Positions 56,401 through 64,000 of a DNA stretch of 64,000 nt are shown one piece after another (positions within the stretch are counted from its first letter, which is position 1; each line of letters begins with the position of its first letter). Made by a program: the position numbers and the translations under genes. The notes under the pieces were generated by a model that saw only the letters and a program-made list of their open reading frames with translations, did not search any database and had not been told where the DNA came from. Source of the DNA: Vicugna vicugna (lineage: Eukaryota); assembly GCA_013265495.1 (NCBI GenBank), contig MU059614.1, forward strand, positions 1,403,601 to 1,467,600. Direction: 5' to 3'.

Positions 56401-59400
56401 TGGACGATCTTTGCAACTTGTCAGTAAGTCTAAAGTTATTCTGATATTGAAAGTTTATTCATGGAAAAAAGCAACCACAAGGGAAGAGGCTGACCCCACA
56501 CCTGACTGCACTTGACCCTTAACCCCATGCCCTCTTCACACTTCTTAGCCCAGATCTGTAGCCTTCACCCGCAGAGCCAGGAGGCTGGGCTGCATCCACG
56601 AGCCGGGCCTTCTGCTCTCGAGGCTGGGGTCCTCTTCGCCCCGGCCTTGTCTGGGGCTGTCGGGGTCCCAGGCCACGTGCACTGGGGTGGCCTCGGCCAC
56701 GGTGTTGGCGGTGCTGCGACCTGCCGGCCGTGCCCTGCTGGGCTCATCGCCTTTCGGCTTTGCTTTCTTTCCTCTGAGAAGGGGCCGCTGGGCTAGGCGG
56801 AGAGGGCGTTGAGTAACATACTGTCCGTCAGGAGCCTGGCCCAGCCGACACTGGTTCTCATCCCCTTCTGGGCCGCTCTGTGGGACTAGAGGTCAGTGGT
56901 TCTGTGGCAGCTTTGAGGGGAGACGTGGCCAGGGTGGAGGTGGCAGCGGCTCCATCCCCCTGCCTCGTAGGCCCTGTTTCCAGAGGTGACTTCGGCTTTG
57001 AGTAATTCATGAGGAATCTTCCAGCTGCTCACTAGGACCCCTCAGAGCTGGCCCATTCGGATCCCTGGAAATTGGCCTGGCTGTTCCTCCACCCTGCAGT
57101 GGGCCAAGCCCTTGGGGGGCTTCCTTCTGGAAGGGGAGCCCGTCCGGGCTCAGAAACCCAGAAATCAGAAAGGCTGGGTTGCTGTGGCCCCTCGGGTCGG
57201 CTGGGTGTTGCTTGCGGGCAGCTGCTTACCTGTAGGTGGCAGTGGTGACACGGGAATTGGAGGGAAGGGGTAGGGAGGTGGGGGGAGGGGAGAGGGGAAG
57301 CTGTGGGAGAAAAAATGCTGTCACTGCCGTGTTTTACAGATGAAGAGCCTTGAGGAGGTCACGTTTCTGCCCTGGGGTTACGTGGTAACGGGCTGAAGTT
57401 TGGACCCACTCAAGCAGGGGTTCAGTGCCCTGCCCCGTCTCCACCATGATGCCCACTTCTGCTTCTTAGTCCAAAGGGAGCCCACAGGGACAGCTGGGCG
57501 CCCAGCTCTGACCTCTCCAGGCCACCCAGGGCCCCAGAGGGTTTATAGCTGCCCCTTCGCGGCAGCAAGGCCAAACGCTCGTGGACTCGAAGATGTGCCG
57601 CCCACCCCGCAGCTCCCGGTGCAGGTGGGGAGCCGGGGATGGCCTCACGGCTCGTCAGGCCGGTCAGATGGGAAGCACCTCTCAGAACAGCGTTAGAATG
57701 GCCCTGAGAGGTTGGCCCTTGCACGGGCTGTACCTGTCTGACGGCTCCCTTGGGATCACCTCTGCGTAGGCTCTGGGACTGGCACTCAGCAGGACAGGTA
57801 GGCGGAGCGAAGGCTCCGCAGACCAAAGGGGTCTGGCAGCCTTCTCGGGGCCGGACGCAGAGGTGCTGGAGCCCTCTGGACATGGCCGTGGGCCCTGCCC
57901 TCACACTCCAGCTGAGAACCTACTTGTCTGTGAAGTGAGGACTCCGCTCACCTGGGTCTTCTCTTCCCCTTTCTTTGCTGCCAGTGTCCGAGAGGGCCTG
58001 GTAAAGCTGTACGTCAGCCAGCGATGCCCGCTCTCACCGCTTCTGTGCAGCACGGCATTGGAAGTTCCAGCCAGAGCAGTCAGGCGGGAAAAGAAGGAGA
58101 AGGCATCCGAACGGGAGAGGAAGAAGTAGGGTTACTTCTGTTCACGGATGACATGACCTTTATGCCGAGAACACCAAAGACTTCATTAAAAAAAAATGAG
58201 AAAAACTCTTAGAACTAATAAACAGAGATAGCAAGGCTGCAGGATATGAAATCAACACTCAAAAATCAGCTGTGTTTCTGTATGTTAACAACGAACAATC
58301 CGAAAAGGAAACGAAGAAACCAGCGTCATTTACGGCAGCTTCAGAAAGAGTGAAGTCCCTAGGAACTGCCCAAAGAGGTGAAGGGCTCGCACTCTGGACC
58401 CTGTGAAACACTGCTGAAGGGAGTCAAAGGGGGCAGAAGCAAGTGGAAAGATACCCCATGCTCATGGCTCAAAGACTTCATGCCTTTAAGATGACTGTAC
58501 TCCCCGAAGTGGTCTGCAGATTCAGTGCAGCCCGGATCAAAATCCCACCGTTTTTTTTTAAGAGGGTATTAAGTCATTTATTGATTACACACGATAATGG
58601 ATGGTACACAGGCTTCATTCCCATCTGTAGCAAATGCTTTATGGTTCTGCTCATACGAGGAACTTAGAGGAGTCAAGTCCATAGAGACAGACAGTGGTAG
58701 GGTGGGGTCCAGGCGCAGGGGGAGGGGCGGGTGAGTGTCTAGCAGGGACAGGATCTCAGTTTGGGACAATGAGAACCTTCTGGAGATGCCAAGGGTGTTG
58801 GCTGCCCAACAGTGCCAGGTGCTTAATACCCCTGGACCGTACACTTAAAAATGACGAAAATGGTCAATTTCACATTGTGTATATTTATGTCTATTTTACT
58901 ACAATAAGAAAAGTCACCAAAACAGAAGAAAAAGTACGCATAGGCCAGTGTCCTCGCGCAGTGGGGACTAGAGGGCTGGGGCTCGGCGCCCATGTGGCCC
59001 TGTCACCGTGGTGGACAGGAAACAGCACCCAGGAGGGCAAGGGAAGCAGGTCCGAGGCTCAGGGTATCTGGCGGGGCCGGGACCGAGCCAGGGCCACGCG
59101 GCGCCCCATCCTCCCTGGGCCTCGGGCTGCCCTCCCGCTTCTGCGTCCCAGCACCCCGCTCTTGCTGGCCAGTGGCTGGATGGCTGCGTCATGGTTCCTG
59201 CCGGGGCAGGACCCGAACCACCTGGAGCTGGTGGAGCAGGTACAACCTGCCTCGTGCCCACCGGCTCTGATGGGAAGGCACGGGGCTGGACCCAGGCAGG
59301 AGGGTTTTTAAATGAAAGCGTCCTGGTGATTCCTACCTGCAGCCAAGGTTGGGACTCAGCGGCCTATGACTCCCTGTCTCCCTGGCCCTGCGCCCTCTCT

Positions 59401-62400
59401 AGCTGCAGGGGAGAGTGGGGCCCTCAGGACTTCACACCATCTCTGGCTCCTTTTTTCTGGCTTCTCTAGTCCTGTGTGCTCTGCTTGAAGAGGTTGGTGT
59501 TGTCTTTTGGGGTGGGGGGTGCCATCACTCCTCCTCCCTGGGTTCCATGGCACCAGGGCCTGGGGACCCAGCCAACTCGGAGTTCTGTGGCTGTTCTCCG
59601 TCTCCCTGTCCTCGGGCCGAGGACGGTGCAGGGCTCACCTCAGGCTGCCAGTCTCCAGTATGTGGCACGGGGACCTTGGGGTTTCATTTTGCCTTCAAGT
59701 TACCAAGGAAGCTAGTTTGGTAGCCTGCAGGCCAGTCAGGTGTAGTCTGTGTTCCTCGCGGCCCTTTTTCTGCCTAAGTGGGGAGAGGCGCAGCGTTCGC
59801 ACCTGTTCACACCCGTCTCTCTGGTGGAGGGGGAGCCGCTGCAGCCCGCGTTCACAGAGCATGTAGGACTTGGAGCAGGAGACGGTGGTGGCTCTGAGCA
59901 GTGCTGGGATTGACCTTTTTTTCCACCTGGCTGCTCTGTGCCCACCTGCCTCCCTTGCACCCAGTAATCCCAAAGGTTCGCCTCACATTGCTGGGGCATG
60001 TCGCCAGATGAGCATCCTGCCCATTCAGACCCCGGCCCTTCCCCTCATCGCCCAGCAGGAAGCCGCCTCCAGGCTTCTTCCCTCACTCTGGACTGTGGGG
60101 GAGGCGGGAAATGTGGCCGCGTTTCTCCATTCCCACCAAAAGGATGTTGCTGAATGCAAAATGCTCAAGCCAGCCCTCTTGTGCCTTCTGCTGCTGACTG
60201 CTTCTGAAGTCACTATATTTAACATCAAAGTGGAGCAAGCAGCAGCGGGAACCACGCCGCTGGACCGTGAGGCTCCTCCCCGCAGGACTGCCTCAGATTT
60301 CAGACGGCCTGGGAGAGCTGGGCGTGGGGGGAACAGGCCGAGAGAGAGCACTGACATTGCTGTCAAGCCGACCTTCAGGGCAGCCTGGCCCCCAGCCTGA
60401 GCCAGGCAGGAGGCAGCCTTTTCTGAATGGAGAAAATGCCATGGCAACAGCATCAGGAGGACGTGCTCTCTCATACTGCAGGCTTAATGGGAGCTGTGTC
60501 TGTCCGGCTCAGCCCCACCCAGCCCAGCCCAGCCTTGCTCAGCCCTGCTCTGCCCTGCTCTGCCCTGCTCAGGCCAGCCCTACCCAGCCCAGCCCAGCCC
60601 AGCCCAGCCCCTGGCCATCAACATATCATCAGAGACCTCTGAAAGGTCAGCCCTTCGCTGCCTGGGTCACCGGTGCTTTGACCTTTACCCGTCCCAAGGG
60701 CCGGCTGCCAGGAACGACTTGCCCGCTGCTCCCTGGAGCATGTGTTTCTGCTGTTGCACCAGGATTTATCTTAGGTTTTGACAATTTCTGTGATAAACGA
60801 AATGAGACTGAACTTTGCATCCTCTGGCCTGGGGACAGGACCGAGTGAGGGACCCATGTGAGTAGCCGCAGCTGCTGGACGATCAGACCCAACTTTGGTC
60901 CCATTGCGGGAATTCTCTTACCAGGAGAGAAAAATAAGAACTGGTCCCAGCCCCTTTGTCAGGCTCGCCTCCCTCCTCTGCCTCAGCCGAACACCCGCAG
61001 ATGGTTTACGTGGCGTTTCCAGCAAGATGAGAAGAAGCATTCTTTTGGGGCTGGTTCTTTATAATCAAAACGAGTCTATATCTTTTAGCTTGAAAACCCA
61101 GAGTCCCCGTAACTGAATGGAGAGCGCTGACCCCGAGGACAAGTCGTTGGGCCTTTGAGCCCTTGCCGGTACCATCAGAGGGGGAGCGGGTGTCAGGTTA
61201 CTGGGTTCCGCGGCTGCACCGAACTTGGAATGAGGCTTCACTGCTTTCCTGTTCCCTCTGTGGCCCCGCCGAAGTGCAGTCGCAGTTTCTCCCCCAGGTC
61301 TGGGCGATCCCCTGTCCCCGTGCTGTGGGGGCAGACTGCCAGTGGGGGGTGGCCCTTGGGCCGGCTGGCCTGTCCATTTGCTGGCTCCGAAGGGTCACAG
61401 ATAGCCCTGTTAGGAGGCTGCTGGGTCGGTGGCTGCAGACAGCCTCTGCTGGGCGTGACCCCTGCAGGGAGTCACCTCGCCTGGGAGTGGACACCTCGAA
61501 GCAGAGGGCTGTTCAGAGAACCAAGAGAGCAGGGGCTGGAGGCCAGGCCACCTCACCACGGGCAGAAGCTCAGGAGGCCGCCTGGCACGTCCACCGCTGC
61601 TGGGTTCCAGGTGCTTGCTCGGCCCTCAGCCTGTCTCCTCTGTACTGGACCGTGCTTTGAGCCATTCTGCCTGGGGGCCTGGCCCTCCCCGCCCCTCCCA
61701 CCCTGGCTGCCCTCCTCCTCCAATTTCTGCACCTGCCCTGGGGTGGGGAGCAGCGGCTCTGGCTCTGGTTAAGGGCCCCCGGCACAGGGCCCAGCCCGCT
61801 GCACACGTGGGTTCATCTGAGGCCGCCTCTCACCCTTGTGGGTGTTTTTTCTCCTTCAGTGGGTGAAGAAAGAGCCTTTGGGTGCCAAGGGTGCAAAAGT
61901 TGACGATACATCCTTTCTGTAAAAATTACAGCAGTGAGGTTTCTTGTGTGCAGCCTGGAGGCTGTGGCTCACGTTTTGAGCAGCAGTTACACCTGGGGAG
62001 CGTGATGTCACTGCTTGCACACACAGGCTGTTTGGATGTGTGAGTTCTGGGGTGTTGTGTACGAAACAAGTGTTACTTGTCCGTGGTTGCGTCCAGTGAA
62101 ACAAGGCCACTTGCAGCCTGTGCAGAGGCCATGTGTTTCACTGCTTGCGTGTCAGTGGAAGTGTGGGCTGTGTGAAGCTTTTGTTAGAAGGGTGGTGATG
62201 GTGCCCCTCTCGCGAGCCGCACAGTTGGGGTGGGGCAGGTTTGGAATTCATCTAAGACATCAGTGCCCTGTCCGAACCCCGCCTGAGCTCACAGCTGGGC
62301 CATGTCTGCCAATGCCCAGGCTTCTGAAATCAGACGTTGGTGCCACCAACTCAGCTGTGTGATCCCAGCCAAGGACCCAACCTTTCTGAGCCTCTTTGCT

Positions 62401-63794
62401 TCTTTCTAAATGTGGGAGAGACTAGTGCCTACCTTAGAGGCACTTAAAATTTGTTTATAAATTGTGTTATAATACGCGTAACAAAACCTGCCGCCTTCAC
62501 CATTTTGGGTGTTAATACAGTCACATTGTCATGCAGCCATTCTCTAGACCTTTTTCATCTTGCGAAACTGAAACTGTCCTCCTTAGACAAAAAATCCCTG
62601 GCAGCCATGATTGTCCTTCCTCTCTATGAACTGACTACTTCGGAAAGCTCAGATAAGTGGAGTCATGCAGCGCTTGTCTTTCTGTGTCTGGCTTATTTCA
62701 CTCAGTGTCATGTCCTCAAGGTTCACTCTTGTTGTAGCAGGTGTCAGAATCCCTGTCCTTTTCAAGGCCGAGTAATATTCCACGGCACGTGCGCACCACA
62801 GTGTGCATCTGCTCACCTGGGGGTGGACGCTTGGGCTGCTTCCACCTTCTGGCTAGCGACAGTGGTGCTGCTGTGAACGTGGGTGTGAGAATCTCCCTGA
62901 GATCCCACTTTCAGCTCTTGGGTATGTACCCAAGAGTAGAGTTGCTCGATCGTATGACTGTTCTCTTGTTAACTTTTTGAGGACACTGTCCTATTTCCCA
63001 CGAGGGCTGCCTCATCTCACATCCCCACCAAGCGTGCACGAGGGCTCCAGGTTCCCCGCAGCCTTGCCAGCACTTGCCACTTTCTGGTTCTTTGACAGCA
63101 GCCGTCCTCGTGGGTGGGAGGTGCTGTCTCACTGGTTGGATCTGCACTTCCCTAATGATTAGTGACACTCAGCGTTTCTGCTGTGGGCGTGTTGGCCTTT
63201 TGTGCACCTTTTGGAGGAACGTCTGTTCAGGGCTTTCGCCCCGTTCAGGTGGGGTTTGCCGTCGGATGGTGAGGGCTCTTGCTTTGCTGGGAAGGCTGCT
63301 GACTCCTCATCCCTTCACAGACGTCCTCTGACTCTGCAGGCTGCCGTCTTGCTGTTGACTGTGTCCTTTGATGCAGAGGAGGTGTAGCCCTTCCGCAGCC
63401 CAGTCTGCTGTTGTTTTCTGGTGTGGCCTGGGTCCTCAGTGTCACAGCCATGAAGCCACGGCCACACCCAGTGTCACAACGCTCTCCCCTTGTGTTCTAT
63501 TCTGAGAGCTCCAGCTCTTGGTAGTTGGGACAGGGTCACGCAGGCCCCCGCCCCCACTGTGTCCTGTCCCAGAGCGAGTCGCCCCGCGCTGCTGCTGGCA
63601 CTGCCCACCTGCTTGCGGGGAGGATATGGTGGGTCTGGTCCCTCCGGCCCCCTGCCAGGGCCCCTTGCTCCAGGAGAAATGTCAACCAGTTTCCTTTCTG
63701 AATTCACAGAAAAGGCCACAGATGGCTCCCTGCAGAGCGAGGACTGGACGCTGAACATGGAGATCTGCGACATCATCAACGAGACGGAGGAAGG
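29441..63794 (+). CDS. TOM1L2: TOM1-like protein 2 (VHS domain start), 3'-partial; join(29441-29492,63710-63794)
   Basis: [17 protein letters not shown]|[29 protein letters not shown] is the TOM1L2 N-terminus; GT-AG intron 1 = 34217 nt. Confidence 0.96.
30433..30522 (+). mobile_element. tRNA-Ala-derived SINE (camelid Vic-1-like)
   Basis: GGGGAGGGTGTAGCTCAATGGTAGAG...GGTTCAATCCCCAGTCCCTCCATTT + A12; A and B boxes intact. Confidence 0.85.
35180..35770 (-). mobile_element. Decayed L1 ORF2 C-terminal fragment
   Basis: [16 protein letters not shown] and [21 protein letters not shown] resemble L1 NRHFSKEDIQMANKHM and TPMFIAALFTIAKTWKQPKCP. Confidence 0.75.
37578..37606. repeat. Interrupted (TG)n microsatellite
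   Basis: gtgtgtgtgttgtgtgtgtgtgtgtgtgt. Confidence 0.9.
38090..38320 (-). mobile_element. L1M 3' end fragment
   Basis: Same motif series as 53880-54430 (CAGCCACCACC..CAGAATGTT..ACTTTCTATCTC..GTGACTGGCT). Confidence 0.65.
38632..38737 (+). mobile_element. 5'-truncated copy of the same SINE
   Basis: GGGTTCAACCCCAGTACCTCCATTAAATAAAC(AAAC)n CTAATGACCTC; flanked by a degenerate TSD AAAAACTCAGACAACGCAG / AAAAATGAGGCAACGCAG. Confidence 0.75.
38800..39110 (-). mobile_element. L1M fragment
   Basis: ..ACATTTCTGTGGGTTAAGTTCCTAGGGGTGAAAACCTGGG..GCTTTATAGAGATGCCAGAC.. resembles L1 3' ORF2. Confidence 0.55.
40141..40248 (-). mobile_element. tRNA-Ala-derived SINE (camelid type)
   Basis: Reverse strand GGGAGGGTAGAGCTCAGGGGTAGAGCAGTGCTTAGCATGCATGAGGTCCTGGGTTCAATCC + A-rich tail. 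Confidence 0.85.
40410..40773 (-). mobile_element. MaLR MLT1-like solo LTR
   Basis: Ordered motifs AAACAACAG..CAGGTCGAGGTGTTGGC..GGCCTCTCT..GAGGACAGCAGTCA..GTCACATTC..GCCCATAACA. Confidence 0.7.
41100..41395 (+). mobile_element. L1M 3' end fragment
   Basis: GAAGGAAGCCAGAC..GGTTCTGGAATTAGA..TTGTGCACTGAAAGGG..CCCAATAAAGCTGTT. Confidence 0.55.
44060..44300. mobile_element. Two MIR fragments in opposite orientation
   Basis: GTGACTTTGGGGCAC..CCTCGTCTTTAAAAATGGGG (+) and CCATTTTACAAATGAAGCAACAGAGGC (-). Confidence 0.55.
45805..45840. repeat. 13-bp tandem repeat, about 2.8 copies
   Basis: gtggagggtcccg gtggagggtccca gtggagggtt. Confidence 0.85.
48230..48725. repeat. 19-bp minisatellite, about 26 units
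   Basis: Core CTGCCTGGGACCC plus a variable 6-mer (CATGTC/CACGTC/TGGGGG/TGCATC/TGGGTG). Confidence 0.95.
48926..49312 (+). mobile_element. MER5A-like hAT element split by the L1 above (48926-48998 and 49272-49312)
   Basis: CAGATTTCTGGGCCC..CTGAAACAGAATCT..ATCTGTATTTT resumes as TTCAACAAACTCTCCAAACGATTCTGATGC. Confidence 0.6.
48999..49268 (-). mobile_element. Young lineage-specific L1 3' end (camelid/cetartiodactyl type)
   Basis: TTTTTTAATTGAAGTATAGTCAGTTACAATGTGTC...GTTCCCTGTGCTATACAGAAGAAATTTG...CTCCCAATTTATCCCTTCCC; AT-rich relative to the older L1s. Confidence 0.75.
49680..49870 (-). mobile_element. MIR SINE
   Basis: CCCATCCCACAGACGTGGAGACTGAGGCTCAGAGAG..AGGATCACCCAGCCAGTAAATAGCAGA. Confidence 0.6.
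52025..52178 (+). mobile_element. Full-length tRNA-Ala-derived SINE inserted in an older L1
   Basis: GGAGGGTGTAGCTCAGTGGTGGAGCGCGTGCTTAGCACGCACGAGGTCCTGGG...GACCTAAGGAACTCCCCTCC + A tail; degenerate TSD AAAAAGTATAACCACAGC / AAAAAGTGATAACTATCAGC. Confidence 0.85.
53880..54430 (-). mobile_element. L1M 3' end fragment
   Basis: AAAATATGCATAACATAAAATGTGTCATTTTAACCGTTTTTAAATG...CAGAACTCTTCCATCTTCCC pattern. Confidence 0.75.
56200..56470 (+). mobile_element. L1MC-like 3' end fragment
   Basis: TCCTGGACAAAGAAGGGCGTTAGTGGAGAAACTGGAGAAATCTGAG...CTTTGCAACTT..TAAGTCTAAAGTTATTC. Confidence 0.65.
58010..58560 (+). mobile_element. Decayed L1 ORF2 (reverse transcriptase) fragment
   Basis: Frameshifted translation [20 protein letters not shown] / [13 protein letters not shown] / [20 protein letters not shown] resembles the L1 RT region. 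Confidence 0.85.
58640..58915 (+). mobile_element. L1M 3' end fragment
   Basis: ..CATAGAGACAGA..CTTCTGGAGATG..TACACTTAAAAATG..TTTTACTACAATAAGAAAA resembles L1M 3'UTR. Confidence 0.65.
60508..60611. repeat. (CCCAG)n / (CCCTGCTCWG)n pentamer-based repeat
   Basis: cccagcccagcccagccttgctcagccctgctctgccctgctctgccctgctcag...cccagcccagcccagcccagccc. Confidence 0.9.
62330..62450 (+). mobile_element. MIR SINE
   Basis: CAGCTGTGTGATCCCAGCCAAG..TTCTGAGCCTC..TTCTAAATGTGGG. Confidence 0.55.
62450..63500 (-). mobile_element. L1M (L1MB-like) 3' ORF2/UTR fragment
   Basis: ORF 62911-63168 [20 protein letters not shown]...[10 protein letters not shown]...LGYIPK resembles the L1 ORF2 C-terminus. Confidence 0.85.
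63710..63794 (+). CDS. TOM1L2: TOM1L2 exon 2 (85 nt)
   Basis: attcacag|AA AAG GCC ACA GAT...GAA GG|gtgcgt. Confidence 0.95.
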
Positions 63795-64000
63795 GTGCGT
63801 GGGCCCCCCACCCCACCCCAGGGCGGGTCAGCTCCCGCACTCACCGCCCACCGGGCCTGCGGGGCTCGGGCTACACGCCGTGTTCCATTTCTAGTCTGTT
63901 TGCTTCAGCATTGATGAGCCAAGACCCTGCATTCTCTGTCCTCTTCTGTCCACCTCCCTGCCCAGCTCCCCAAAGGCGCTGCTTGACGTAGAGCAGTGAC

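Noticed and set aside
58024-58667. Possible retroelement coding capacity (FTDD motif)
   Set aside because: Frameshifted and truncated L1 ORF2 relic; not mobile.
1-64000. CRISPR arrays, operons, rRNA or other prokaryotic systems
   Set aside because: The sequence is spliced mammalian DNA; the tandem repeats lack unique spacers, and no cas or rRNA sequence was recognised.

Overview
GC-rich mammalian genomic DNA, not prokaryotic. It is orthologous to the ATPAF2-DRC3(LRRC48)-TOM1L2 segment of human 17p11.2 (Smith-Magenis region). The species is probably a camelid, judged from tRNA-Ala-derived SINEs and a young L1 3' end. Contents: ATPAF2 coding exons 2-8 on + (3049-9055; exon 1 lies upstream of the window). 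The complete DRC3 CDS is on - (12 coding exons, 25549-9995, 522 aa), tail-to-tail with ATPAF2. TOM1L2 exons 1-2 are on + (29441-29492 and 63710-63794, 34.2 kb intron 1), head-to-head with DRC3 across a CpG-island promoter. All exon boundaries were read by hand and reading frames close correctly. Most notable: DRC3 has two minor-spliceosome (U12) AT-AC introns plus a GC-AG intron. Also present are an overlapping two-strand poly(A) signal between the convergent genes and RFX X-boxes polarised to the DRC3 side of the shared promoter. There is a (GAGC)6 tract followed by a 12-nt match to the AAV ITR D-sequence, and a 19-bp variant minisatellite. The remaining ORF-track entries are chance ORFs in GC-rich introns or decayed L1 sequence. 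Repeat family names, repeat coordinates and comparisons with human proteins are from recalled consensus, not database searches.
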